DNA from: Eledone cirrhosa
Taxonomy: Eukaryota
Direction: 5' to 3'
NCBI GenBank assembly: GCA_964016885.1
Contig: OZ024743.1
Location: forward strand, 332,506,001 to 332,570,000
Length of the DNA stretch: 64,000 bases
Shown here: piece after piece, positions 12,030 through 24,810 of the stretch
How positions within the stretch are numbered: the first letter of the stretch is position 1
Layout: the number at the start of each line of letters is the position of its first letter
Program-made: the position numbers and the translations under genes
The notes under the pieces: model-generated
Told to the model about the DNA's origin: nothing
Databases searched by the model: none
The model's input: only the letters and a program-made list of their open reading frames with translations

Positions 12030-12381
12030 AATAAGAGATCAATAATATTTATCTATCACACATCCTATGTTGAGAAATCAATAATATTTATCTATCACCC
12101 ACCCTATGTTAACAACAGATCAATAATATTAATCTATCACCCATTCTATGTTAACAACAGATCAATAGTATTTATCTATCACCCATCCTATCTTAACCAG
12201 AAATCAATAATATTTATCAATCACCCATTCTATCTTAACCAGAAACCAATAATATTTATCAATCACCCATGCTATGTTAACCAGAAATCAATAATATTTA
12301 TCAATCATCCATGCTATGTTAACCAGAAATCAATAATGTTTATCTATCACCCATGCTGTGTTAACCAGAAATCAATAATAT
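12030..12381. repeat. 42-bp minisatellite (~8 copies)
   Basis: AAATCAATAATATTTATCAATCACCCAT(T/G)CTAT(C/G)TTAACCAG at 12201, 12243, 12285... Confidence 0.9.
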
Positions 12382-12799
12382 ACAGAAAGTAGCTACTAGG
12401 GAGCAATAGTGAGGATATCTAGAGGTTTTAGGGGGGAAGCAGCTAAGGAATGAATACAGGAAGGGGGATGGATGAGTGGGGGTGTTTTAATGAAGGTGAG
12501 GATAACTGCTAGGAAGTGCTAGTAGATGGGGCATGGGTGAGAAGAGAGTAGCTACTAGAGTGCAACATTGAAGGGCCTTTGAGGGGGCCGCAGCTGGGGA
12601 GTGAATGTGCGTGTGGAGGGAGTATACTCTTATTCTTAACATTATGTGATGATTTAGCAGCAAATATTCTTAAGAAGTAGGTTTGTTAATTCAAATGTTT
12701 ATATCTTTACTAGTCAACAGATCGTGGTGTAAAATGTAGAGTATTAAAGTAAAAACTTTAATTTTCAATGGGATGCAATTATTTTGTACCTTTCAAAAT

Positions 12800-13372
12800 C
12801 ACAGATGCACACACAAATGGCAACATAGAGACACACACACAAATGGCAACATAGAGACACACACACAAATGGCAACATAGAGACACACACACAAATGGCA
12901 ACATAGAGACACACACACAAATGGCAATACACAGACACACACACACAAACAGCAACACACAGACACACACACAAACAGCAACACACAGACAAATAGCAAC
13001 ACACAGACACACACACAAACAGCAGCACACAGACACACACACAAATAGCAACACACAAACACACACACAAACAGCAACACACAGACACACACACAGCAAT
13101 ACAGAGACACACACACAAACAGCAACACACAGACACACACACAAACAGCAACACACAGAGACATGCACAAACAGCAACACACAGACAAATAGCAACACAC
13201 AGACACACACACAAACAGCAATACACAGACACACAGACAAACAGCAACACACAGACACACACACAAACAGCAACACACAGAGACATGCACAAACAGCAAC
13301 ACACAGACTCACACACAAACAGCAACACACAGACACACACACAAACAGCAACACACAGACACACACACAAAC
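12800..13372. repeat. CA-rich ~26-28-bp minisatellite
   Basis: ACACACAAACAGCAACACACAGAC-type units. Confidence 0.92.
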
Positions 13373-13439
13373 ATACTTCTTTTTAATAGGATGCAGTCAT
13401 AGTGCTGTTTTGTTATTAAGAACATCTTGTTAATGCGGT

Positions 13440-13900
13440 TTCATGTGGTACAGGACATTAAGAGTTACCAGATTATCCGATCCCAGTTTTGATAAATGCG
13501 AATATCATGAATTGTTTCCAAACTAAACAAATTATTTTTGTTGTGAATGTTGAGAAGGCATTTGATTGATGCCAGCAGCAACAACAAATAATGGCAACCA
13601 AGAAGTTGAAGAAGAATATTCCCAAACTGGTCATTGTGAAAATTTGCTTGATCTCCAAAGCTAACATATGACTGCAATGCTGCCCTAATATTGACCCTGC
13701 TACTACAAACTCAACGATTCATTTCTCTAATATCCTGCCTTGATGTAGTCCAATTAGATTTCAGAAATTCATTGGTGAATACTTGCTTCCTCGTTAGTAC
13801 AATTCCCTGGATATGTTTTGTTAATTAGCAAGAAGCACTGTGAATGAGAGTTCAATATTTCTCATTTAGCATTGCAAACATTAAAGGAATCTTTAAGCAC
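13440..13900 (+). mobile_element. Possible highly decayed LINE RT remnant
   Basis: GTTGAGAAGGCATTTGAT (VEKAFD-like) at ~13550; otherwise no intact frame. Confidence 0.3.
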
Positions 13901-14053
13901 ATTAGTCAATATTTTTATTTTGTACAACACAAATTTTTCTTGTCAAGTAGTTAAAATTGCCTAAATCATGCTGCCTCATCATTGCTATCATTTCAATATC
14001 TCTTTATCGATGGATCCTATGGATCTTAAAATTCCTCTTTGTTATTCCAGTCA

Positions 14054-14054
<1 letters not shown>

Positions 14055-14143
<89 letters not shown>

Positions 14144-14178
14144 CTCTATCTCTCTCTCTCTCTATCTATCTATCTCTA

Positions 14179-14261
<83 letters not shown>

Positions 14262-14264
14262 CTC
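14055..14264. repeat. (CT)n/(TA)n/(CTAT)n microsatellite
   Basis: Direct reading. Confidence 0.95.
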
Positions 14265-15326
14265 ACCGGACAACCGGTGTGGGCCCCGTTCGTGAGGTGA
14301 GCCTTCGCACGACTCGTCTCGCTGACCGAGCTGCAGTCCTGGGTCAAGCAAAGACCGAGGAAAATGGGCGACTGGCACATCGAATGTGCTCAGGCGCTCA
14401 CAGCCCTCTGGCAGCCAGACCCGGCAATCAGTGGAGACTCCACTTCGTCATTCTATAGAGGGTTGATCTGCAGCAAGTGCAACGACATGCTCGGTGAAAC
14501 TCTAGGCATAGAGGAAGAGGAACTGGCCAGTCTGTTCGGTAGAACCTTCCGCCCGGGACCGATGGACAACTTCCAAAAGTCCCTGGCCTGGCAGTGCTAC
14601 CGAGGAGCTCTACCAGTTCGAGACAAGCTCTACAGACATGGGCGCCCGGGCAGGGACCCTGCAAAAAAGATCTGTCCGAGGTGCGTGCGAGACGAAGAAA
14701 CCGTCGCGCATGCATTCATACACTGCCCAGGCGTCACCGACATGTGGGGCTATGTAGAACGACTATTGTCGCGGGTGGGACCAATCCGGTTGACCACCGA
14801 GTCCATTGTCATGATCAAACCGCCACCCTCCTTCAAAAACGAAAGAGAGGCGGTTTTCCTTTGTGTGATAGCTATGGCAAAAGAGGTTGTATGGTGGACA
14901 AGGTTGAAAGGGCTGAGGTCAGACACCTTTCTCTCCGGCCAACAACTGATTCTTTTTTTCAAATACCACTTTGGAAGAAGAATCAGGATGGAGAGAGAGG
15001 TGCTGTACCCCAGCAAGTTTTATGAAACGTGGGTGAAAGTGGCGAGAATGGCCCAAGTGAATGGGTCTTCTCTCTATATCAGCCTGTAGGTTGATGAAAA
15101 AGAGGAGGAGAGGAAAGGGGTACAAACTCTTCGTACTCCTGGAGATGAGGGTTGCACATTTTTTCGGGGGTATGTGTTACCTATATGTAATGTCTCCCCC
15201 TATTGGGGAAAATCGATTAATTTTTAAATTGCATTTGTGATAATATTTTACACGTTTTTATTATGTAAACTTCCCCCTTTGTATTTGTCCCCTTCTTTTG
15301 TGCCCCTGTGGCTAATAAAGAAACAT
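14265..15326 (+). mobile_element. Tx1/L1-type non-LTR retrotransposon, 5'-truncated, in (CT)n
   Basis: ORF2 C-terminus with zf-RVT knuckle CPRC-x8-H-x4-C (AWQCYRGALPV...CPRCVRDEETVAHAFIHCP); AATAAA at 3' end; (CT)n on both sides. Confidence 0.88.
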
Positions 15327-15327
15327 A

Positions 15328-15365
<38 letters not shown>

Positions 15366-15997
15366 CCTCAATCTATATATCTCTCCATCTATCTATCAAT
15401 CAATCTCTCTCTTGGGATATTTCTCAATTCCTATATTTCATTGGTCAGTCCTACAATCATCTCATTCCATTGGCTGGTCCCACTATCAATCGATTTTATT
15501 TATTCAGCTCATTAATATTCGTTTCTTTCATCTGAATACAAGGCAATACAGTATTAAGGGAGGGGGCAGGGGGAATGAGATTTTGTGACATTCATGATTT
15601 TCCGAGGAACGTTAACTCCTAACGTCCTGCACCACATGAAACCACATTAAAAATCCAAGTCTAATCAAATAAAGACAGTCTTTACTTTAATACTACAAAT
15701 GTTCACAATGATCTGTCCCATATAAACATTTGAATATCTAAACCCATATTTAAATATTTTCTACTATTACAGTATGTTAAGAGGTAATAGTATATCACCT
15801 GGGGATTGAACATACGCCTCAAGTGGATTGGGAGAATTGTTAAAGTGTCAGACCAAATGTTAGCAATATTTAGCTGAGGTTCCTTAGATTGTGAGTTCAA
15901 ACCATACCAAGGTCAAATGAAGTCAATAAAATAAGGTATTTGTTAAATACTAGGTTTAATTTAATATTCTTATAAATCATCATAGTTATGAATGGAA

Positions 15998-16175
15998 TTA
16001 GGCACAAGGCCAACAATTTTGGGGGAGGGGAAAATCGATTAAATCAACACTAGTGCATTACTGGTACTTTATTTTATCAACCCTATAAGGATAAAAGGCA
16101 AAGCTAACCTCGGCAAGATTTATGTCCAGCAAAGCATGTTGTCCGATGCTCCACCGATTCTGCTAATCCACTGCT
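15998..16175 (-). mobile_element. SINE (second family), diverged
   Basis: GGCACAAGGCC...CTGGTACTTTATTTTATC...GGCAAAG. Confidence 0.75.
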
Positions 16176-16272
16176 ATGTTGCAGGAAAGACATGTGAAAG
16201 GAAATTCCTGAGAGATGAATGAAGTTTAGTGGAGGAAATACCAGTGGTTATAGTGGGTCTCAGGGATAGACA

Positions 16273-16810
16273 TAATTGTTTCTACTTTTGGCACAAGGCC
16301 AGCAATTACCCAGTGCATTATGGAGGCACATGGCTTAGTGGTTAGAGCATTGGCCTTGCAATCGAAAGGTTGTGAGTTCAATTCTCAGACCGGGTGATGT
16401 GTTGTTTCCTTGAGCAAGACACTTTATTTCACATTGCTCCAGTTTACTCAGCTGTAGAAATGAGATGATAGGACTGGGGTCCATATCATTCCACTGCAAA
16501 GTGGTCGTGGAGGTGCCACGGCAAAAAAGCACCCAGCACTCACTGTAAATGAGGTTGGTGTTAGGAAGGGCATCCAACTGTAGAAATCAAGCCAGAATCA
16601 GTTCCCGTCCCACCCTTGCAGGCAGGGAAAAGTGGACGTAAAATGAAATGATGACATGATGATGATTACTGGTACTTTATTTTATCTACCCTGTAAAAAT
16701 GAAAGGCAAAGTTAACCTCAGCGGGATTTGAACTCAGAATGGCAAGGGCCGAAACTCTATGCGTCAAAGCATGGCGTCCGATCCTCTGCCGATACTGCCA
16801 ATCCACCTAC
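16273..16810 (-). mobile_element. SINE (second family) interrupted by the SINE at 16322-16665
   Basis: CCAGTGCATTA | insert | ATTACTGGTACTTT restores the consensus. Confidence 0.85.
16322..16665 (+). mobile_element. tRNA-derived SINE with RTE tail
   Basis: Near-identical to 579-935. Confidence 0.9.
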
Positions 16811-17920
16811 CGGGGGAAGAGGAGAGGAGAAGGAAAAATGATAGAGTGAAGAGTACTTGATTAAAAGTGGCCAGTCATTGGGAGAGATCCTTGGTGATGC
16901 TGAGGCTTAACATTTGTAGTGATCTTGAGTGGAGTGTCTTGTAGTGATCTTGAGTGGAGTGTCTTGTTGTATGCTGTTCCTGTTGAGATGAGAGACTGTG
17001 ATAATTTAACACTGACATATTGTTGTCAACATTGCAAAATATAAAGGTAAGAGTTGATTATGTCAGACTTATGTTGAGCAACTGTGTGAGTGTATGTGTG
17101 AGTGTATGTGTGTATGTGAGTGTATTTGTGTGTGTATGTGTGTATATATATATATGCTCAGGTCTTGAACACTCCCCACCCTCCTTTCCAGCTTATTGAT
17201 TTTTCAGATTTCTTTCCTGAGAGAGAGACAGAAGGAGCTGAAGATACTCTAGTATTAATTAAATATGTCAGTACTGTAATGCCAGCCCAACCCATATCAA
17301 AAGGTAGAAGAAGCACCCTCCTCCTCCAACCCTTCATTTAGTTCTAAAAATCCGTATAATATTCATGGATCTAATATAGGGAACATATCAGATATTAATT
17401 TATTAATTTTATAAGAACTACTCTGTTGCAAATCACTTTAATCTGAGTTGAAAAAAGCCAACAAGCAATAATAAAACAATACCAGTAACATCTTGGGGTG
17501 GGTGTAGAATGTGTTGTCAATCCAACTGATTACATGAAAACTGTCTTACACAAAAGAATCTCATTTCATACAACAAAAGAAATTAGTGAAGCAATTTAGA
17601 AGGACATACAAAGTTTATCCTGTCTTTTAGAAAAATTAATGTAAATCCATAGCTTTTGTGATAGAAAGAAAATACAACAACCCTGTGGAGAAAAGTCACG
17701 TTTGGTTTTGTTTTTATATTTCATAGTATCTTTTATATATTTTATAGTATCTTTTATAGTGTGTTGTATATATTTCATTATGGTAGGCTTTTTATATTCA
17801 CAGCTTGATAGCAATAAAATAGTTAATGCAGAATGAGAAGCAATTCTTCGATAACTAAAGATCAGTTCACTGATTTAATTCAGTCACACAAAAAAAAAAA
17901 AAAAATAATAATAATAATAA

Positions 17921-18944
17921 TGGTTTCTGATTTAGGCACAAGGCGAGCAATTTTATGAGAAGGGAGAGTCGATTAAATCAACCCCAGTGCATTACTGGTA
18001 CCTTATTTTATCGACCATGTAAGGATGAAAGGCAAAGCTAGCTTCGGTAAGATTTGAACTCAACATAAATGAACGTAACACTATGCCACAAATGTTGTTG
18101 TCCAACGCTCTACCAATACTGTCAATCCCCCCCTGATTTTAGTCACAAGGCCAGCAATTTTGGGGGAGGGAAAAGCTGATTAAATCAACCCCAGTGCGTT
18201 TCTGGTACTTTATTTTATCGACCTTCGTAAGGATGAAAATCCAAAGTTAACCTCAGCAGAATTTCAGGGTCGTAACTATATGCCACAAAGTATGTCCGAC
18301 ATTCTACCGATACTGCCAATCCACCGCCCTAATAATAATAATAATTGTTTCTACTCTAGGCACAAGGCCAGCAATTTTGGGTGAGGGGAAAGTCAATTAA
18401 ATCGACATCGTGCATTACTGGTACTTTATTTTATCGACCCCATAAGGATGAAAGGCAAAGCTAACCTTGGCAGGATTTGAAATCAAAACGTAAAGTGCCA
18501 TAACTCTATGTTGCAAATCATGGTGTCTGATGCTCTACCGATACTGCCAATTCACCGCCCTCCTATTTTGGGGAAAGGTAAAAATCGGTTAAATTGACCC
18601 CAGTGCATTTCTGGTGCTTTATTTTATGGCCCCCAAAAGGATGAAAGACAAAGCTAACCTTAGCAAGATTTGAACTCAAAACATAAATAGTTGGAACAAA
18701 TACCGTAAAACGTTTGTCCGATGCCCCAACAATACTGCCAAAATAATAATAATAATTGTTTCTACTATTGGCACAAGGCCATCAATTACCCAGTATATTA
18801 CTGGTACTTTATTTTATCGACCCCATAAGGATGAAAGGCAAAGTTAACCCCGGCGGGATTTGAACTCAGAATGGCAAGGGCCGTAACTCTATGTGTCAAA
18901 GCATGGCGTCCGACCCTCTACCGATACTGCCAATTCACCGCCCT
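17921..18944 (-). mobile_element. Head-to-tail array of ~5 SINEs (second family)
   Basis: Repeated GGCACAAGGC..CTGGTACTTTATTTTATCGAC..GATACTGCCAA units separated by (AAT)n. Confidence 0.88.
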
Positions 18945-18970
18945 ATAATAATAATAACAACACATTTTGG

Positions 18971-19002
<32 letters not shown>

Positions 19003-20284
19003 ACCCTCTTTCTTTCTCTCTCTCTCTCTCGCCCTCTTTCTTTCTCTCTCTCCTGCCCTTTTTCTCTCTCTTTCTGGTTGTTCAGCTCTCATCCTCTCTG
19101 GGATAACATGAAGACAGTCTGGAAGGAGAATGGAATGAATTAAAGATTAGAACTGTGCAAAATGGAGACATAGAATCTTGCCCTGAAGATTGTGGTCGAT
19201 ATAAGAGAGATAATAAATTCTCTTATGGAAAGGAATTAGAAATTCATCAGCGAAACCAAAATATTCTATTGGTATGGCATTATTCCACACAAAAACATTT
19301 TCAATAAAATACTTTCCATTCCATTCACAGGATGAAAACATTGAATGGCAGAGAAATTTTATGCATCTAATGAATTAAATAAATAAATAAAAAGTTCTAT
19401 TTAGCTGGTTTGTCATTGTACCCAGTGTGAGAATTAAAACTCATGCTGTTTTAAATATAAATGTTCTTGAAAATTATAGATAAATGTTATAGATTAGGAA
19501 GCAAAGATGACGATTCTTCGGAATGGTTTCAGAGTCGTTTCTTCATTTGGCAGGGAGGGGAGAAGAAGTGGTTGGGGGTGGGTAAATAAATAAATTATAT
19601 AAAGATAAAAAAAGGAGAAAAAAAATAGCATATAGATAGTGGTTATTCTAGTTAGAGGTAGTTATTATACAAAGATGATAAATAAAAGAGAGAAAAAAAA
19701 TAACATGGAGTAGGTGATGGTTATTCTAGTTAGAGGAGCCGGTGATGGATTTAATAATAAAAAAACAGGGACAAACAAAAGAAAATACTAAAAGATACTA
19801 GAGAGTTATGCTCACGCAAATGACTAAGGAAATTTAGTCTTTATCAAATAAAGTGATATGAAGTTCCTGGTTCTTGAATTTCATACTAGATTGATCAGGA
19901 CATTTTTGCTAAAAACCAGTCATTCATGTAGAGGATAAGGTTTATTGCTTGTCTTTTCAAAGAATACTCTAGATTACTCCATGAAATATTGCGTTTAGTT
20001 ATTTATTTTGGTTTGTTGTTGTTGTTTTTCTGTTTATTTATTTATTTATTTATTTATTCATTTGTTTCTTTTTCTTTTCTTTTCTTATTTTCTTATTTTT
20101 TTTTTTAGTCAATGAGAAAAATCCGGAAGCTTTCACTACATAAAAAAAAGAAAAGAAATTCTCTCCACGTGGTTATTTATAGCAGAAGTAATAACAAGCA
20201 AGCTAAACAAAATCCTGCCTATCACGTTCTCCGTTCTCTCCTCGATGGATTCTTTGAATAAGAAGAGAAGGTAAGGTAAGAGCT

Positions 20285-20600
20285 ATGTGAAATGATGAGG
20301 AGGGGTGAGGATGGGGAGGAACAGTGGGGGATGAAGGGGAAGTTGGAGGAGGAGGGTGGTTGTGGACGGAGGAGAGGAGGCTGGAGGAAAAGGATGAGGA
20401 CGAGCAAAGAGGAGGAGGAGGAAGAGGGGGAAAAGGAAGAGGGGGACTTGGGAGAAGGATGAGGAAAGAGGAAGAGAGAGGATGGTGGTAGAGGAAGAGG
20501 AAAGGAGAAGAGAGAGGATGGTGAAGAGGAGGAGGAGGAGGTAGCAGAAGAGGAGAAGGAAGAGGGGGAAGAAGTAGAAGAGGAGAAGAAAGAAGAGGAT
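20285..20600. repeat. Purine-rich (GGA/GAA) low-complexity tract
   Basis: Direct reading. Confidence 0.9.
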
Positions 20601-21387
20601 GTTGCTGCCAGACAACACACTTTGGTCTCTGTTAAAGCAACAATACAATTGCTAATTACATGCAGGACTCTTAAATTAAACTTTCAGCTATGGAAACCAA
20701 GAATTAACATGCTTGAAAGATTCAGTTAAAGAAGGATTAAATACTGAGCTATTCAAATAAGCCACAATTAAGAGAGATTAAGAGATGTTTCATTATACTT
20801 TTAGATTCGAATGATATTTATTGATTTTTTAGGCAAATACATAACATAGATTTACATGTATAATTAAATAATTGTACATTTTTTTTTTGTTACAGCGATA
20901 TGTTTGTGGTTTATCAGAATGTAGGCCTTATCAAACCTCGACTTTTCATCTCATTAAGTAAATATATATAAACGTACTTATGTGTGTGTGTGTGTGTGTG
21001 TGTGTGTAGTAAATTAGCACAACAAGGATATATAAGACATAAAAACACACGGAAACCACACAGAAAACAATACTCGCATCTTCAGCCACTAACCCGGCTT
21101 CGATGCATAAAGTGGTACCAGACCTATAGCTGCATCTGTAGCTTATAAACTGCTTGCTATACAAATAACAAATATACAAAATACATGTCTTTCGATGAAA
21201 TAAGACAAAACCGTAATCAGAAATTAGTATAGGTTTTATATTTGTTACATCGTTTTTTAAGAATAAAATTCACGCAAGGTGTCTAAAATTGCATATAATT
21301 TTTAAGCTTAATTTATATTCTTTTTTCTATATAATCAATTTTTAATACAAATTGGATTTTGTCAATTTTCAGATACTTAAAGTTAAG

Positions 21388-22270
21388 ATGTCAGAACGGA
21401 GTTTTTGCCAAATTTATTTCTATGAGTTTAAACTGGGCGCAGTGCTACACAACTGGCTAGAACATTCAATGAAGTGTTAATGCATGCAACATTGGTCTAA
21501 AAAATTCCATCGTGGTGAATTCACTCTCGAAGATAAGGAAGATTGGGGACATACTCCTGCCTTTGACGACGATGAGTTGAAGAATTTGGTGAAAGTAAAT
21601 CCTCGCACAACTGTTTGAAAGCTTGCAGAAGAGCGATATGCTAGTGTTGGAACAATGTTTTAACATTTGAACCGAATTGGAAAGTCGAAGTAGCTTGAAG
21701 AATAGGTGCCACACAAATTGAATGAAAGCCAGAAAAATCGCCATTATGAACTCTGCTTTTCGCTTCTTTTGTGCAACAAAGACGATTTATTTCATGGTCA
21801 CATATGTGACGTGCAAGAAAAGTAGATCCTATACAACAACCAATGATTGTTCAGCACGGAAGATGGACCGAAATGAAGCTCCTAGACACTTCCCAAAGCT
21901 AAAATAAAATGATGGTGACTGTTTGGTGGTCCACAGCCTGTTTAATCCACTACAGTTTTCTGAATCCTGGTGAAACAGAGCAGAAAAGGAAGTATCGTCA
22001 CGAAGTCGATAAAATTAATAAAAAGAAAATTGCATCGTATGTGTCCAACAGTGGTCAATAGAAAAGACCCAATCCTCTTGCACGACAACGCTTGACCACA
22101 CATTACGCAATCAACGCTCAAAAAGTTGAACGAATTGAGCTACGAAACTCAGCCTCATTCAGCATATTCATTGGATCTTTTACTAACTAACTACCATTTT
22201 TTTCAAGCATTTTGACAACTTTTTGCAAGGATAACTCTACAACAACCAAACAGCTACAAAAAATACTTTC
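21388..22270 (+). pseudogene. Decayed mariner (Tc1/mariner) transposase
   Basis: Across frames: YEFKLG, VKVNPRTTV, VPHKLNESQK (WVPHEL-like), MVTVWW, HYSFLNPGET, ILLHDNA, PHSAYSLDL..NYHFF (YSPDL-like); multiple stops and frameshifts. Confidence 0.88.
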
Positions 22271-22690
22271 GGGGTTTCTCAGATCTACACACCTCTAACA
22301 TTTTCTGGAAATTATTATTTTTCCACGTTTGTTTTTATTTGTTTTGTTTTTTTACGTGCTATCAGCTAATCTGACCTCTGAACATTCGCAAAGGTCTTTT
22401 TTCTCGGATCACCCTAACCCTTCTCTGTTTTCCGGGTGAAAAAGTCGATTGTGAGCATGTTGGAATTCCGATTAGTTGGTAACACACGGGGAAAAGAATT
22501 ATTTCTCACTGAAATTGACAGAGATGTTTTTCTATAATAATACCTAATATTCTATATTTCATATCAGTTTTAACTGATCCTGTTACACATAATCAGGGCC
22601 GTACCTTCACCTGATGAGGCCCTAAGCTATGTGATGGGTTCAAGTAAAATTTTTTTTTAATGATATATGCTTATTAATGTTAGTGTTAAA

Positions 22691-22723
<33 letters not shown>

Positions 22724-22732
22724 AATAATAAT

Positions 22733-22870
22733 AATTGTTTCTACTTTGGTACAAGGCCAGCAATTACCCAGTACATTACTGGTACTTTATTTTATCGACC
22801 CCCGTAAGGATGAAATGCAAAGTAAACCTCGGCGGGATTTGAACTCAGATCATAAAGGGCCGTATTATAA
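22733..22870 (-). mobile_element. SINE (second family), partial
   Basis: Similar to 1411-1598. Confidence 0.82.
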
Positions 22871-22877
22871 TACACGG

Positions 22878-23002
22878 TCGATTGGTTAGCCTTCATTACG
22901 TTTATTGGTTGGTGACGCACGTTTCGTTATTGATCAGCTTAAGGTTCGATCTGTATCGATCTGGCCCGACTCTGGAATCAAAAGCTCTTTACACTCCCTG
23001 GA
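22878..23002 (-). mobile_element. Partial copy of the HHR fold-back family at 27010-27443
   Basis: GATTGGTTA..CTTCATTAC..GGTGACGC..GATCAGCT..AAGGTTCGATCTGTATCGATCT shared; both end ACTCCCTGGA before (TA)n. Confidence 0.8.
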
Positions 23003-23007
23003 TATAT

Positions 23008-23081
<74 letters not shown>

Positions 23082-23085
<4 letters not shown>

Positions 23086-24451
23086 GTAGAACACTGGAAG
23101 GTAAAATCCGTAGTGGTAGAGCACTCAGTCCATGGGACGAGTTAGGTAGAAGTGGTTACACAACAGTTAGTTCACCATACCGAGAACAATTGTTTCACCT
23201 TAGCGGATCTTCAGCTCGGGATGTGTATGGTTATAGGAACAGGAAGGACAACCGTACGAACGCGCATGCGCAGAAACTCGATCACTTCACACAGGCAATA
23301 CTAGACTGCGTGCGAGAGGTGTAAGGGAGATAACTGCGAAAGTCCGGAAAGTTTTTAGGTTGAAAATAAAATTTAAATAAAATTTAAAATAAAATTACAA
23401 AGAATCAGTCCGGAGCCTTGTAGTTATGCAATAGATGTTTGGTGACGTGTGGACAACGTGTGAAAAATTAACTTCTCGTGTTTAGGCAATAACTATTGCG
23501 TAATCTCTTTAGGATAGTTATTCGTTCGTCAATACATAAGGCACATGTCGGATTTCCCCTTGCGTATGGCTTGGACTTAGTGATGGCTTTCCATTGAATG
23601 GAGTAGCCTATACTTGAGTCCTTGAGGGACCAAACGTGGCTCGCGAGTTTCGTGGATGAACGTCTGTCCGGGTATCTGAAGGTGCTACTGGTGGTTCAGG
23701 AAACGCTCCTTGAATCGGCCCTCCGCCATGCCCACATAGGATTTGACCTCCTGTGGTTCGTTTGGTCGGTTGGAAGTGACCACAGCTTCATAGATTACAT
23801 CTGGTGTGTTGCATTGCTGTTGAAGGGGGCAAGCTTCAGGCTTACGGCAAGAGCACCCTGGTGGGGTGTTGCTCCTAGGGCTGCTCTTGCCGTAAGCCTG
23901 AAGCTTGCCCCCTTCAACAGCAATGCAACACACCAGCTGTAATCTATGAAGCTGTGGTCACTTCCAACCGACCAAACTAACCACAGGAGGTCAAATAATG
24001 TGGGCATGGCGGAGGGCCGATTCAAGGAGCGTTTCCTGAACCACCAGTCTACCTTCAGATACCCGGACAGACGTTCATCCACGAAACTCGCGAGCCACGT
24101 TTGGTCCCTCAAGGACTCAAGTATAGGCTACACCATTCAATGGAAAGCCATCACTAAGTCCAAGCCATACGCAAGGGGAAATCCGACTTGTGGCTTATGT
24201 ATTGACGAACGAATAACTATCCCAAAGAGATTACGCAATAGTTATTGCCTAAACACGAGAAGTTAATTTTTCACACGTTGTCCACACGTCACCAAACATC
24301 TATTGCATAACTACAAGGCTCCGTACTGATTCTTTGTAATTTTATTTTTAATTTTATTTTTATTTTATTTTCAACCTAAAAACTTTCCGGACTTTCGCAG
24401 TTATCTCCCTTACACCTCTCGCACGCAGTCTAGTATTGCCTGTGTGAAGTG
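23082..24451 (-). mobile_element. Penelope-like element 3' portion (GIY-YIG endonuclease + HHR) with inverted duplication
   Basis: CSCRKPEACPLQQQC..VIYEAVV..YVGMAEGRFKERFLNH..STKLASHVWSLK..CxLC..LNTRS..CPH (GIY-YIG of PLE type, Naiad-like by recollection); 23283-~23860 inverted at ~23880-24451. Confidence 0.88.
23180..23219 (-). ncRNA. Minimal type I hammerhead ribozyme of the Penelope-like element
   Basis: CCGAG-CUGAAGA-U-CCGCUAAGGU-GAAAC-AAUU-GUU-CUCGG; palindromic stem III ACAAUUGU. Confidence 0.75.
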
Positions 24452-24798
24452 GATAGATGCTACACGAGAAAGCTGAGGATGGCTCTGAACATTAATCAGT
24501 ATACACTGAGGATGTAAAACTCAGAGCTGTATGGGAGCCTCCCAAAAATCAGCTCAAAAGTGACACAGAGGAGACTGAGGTTAGCTGGACATGCTCACCG
24601 ACATCCAGAGTTGACACTGCACTCAGTGCTCCCGTGGGAGCCCCTGCATGGACAAACTGGAAGTGGAAGACCAAAGTTAACGTATGTTGATGCCCTAAGG
24701 ACAGACACTTTTCTGTTGGAGACGCAGGACATGGCAGCGATAATGAGGGACAGAGACCGCTGGAGAGAACTCGTCCATGGATCTCGGGAATTTTACCC
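24452..24798 (+). mobile_element. RTE-like LINE 3' fragment (different family)
   Basis: QRRLRLAGHAHRHPE..WEPLHG..GRPKLTYVDAL..MRDRDRWR. Confidence 0.8.
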
Positions 24799-24810
24799 TA
24801 TATATATATC

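Noticed and set aside
12030-12381. CRISPR-like appearance of 42-bp and 33-bp (44430) arrays
   Set aside because: Contiguous tandem units with no unique spacers, no cas genes, eukaryotic context
17209-17302. Candidate internal exon (TTTTTCAG...AAAG/GTAGAA)
   Set aside because: Weak donor and unrecognisable peptide; not supportable without transcripts
20222-20648. Ser/Pro/Leu-rich ORFs
   Set aside because: Low-complexity purine tract
22594-22630. CTGATGAG as a hammerhead core
   Set aside because: No downstream GAAA or stems; the context CAGGGCCG..GAGGCCCTAAGC looks like a hAT-type transposon end
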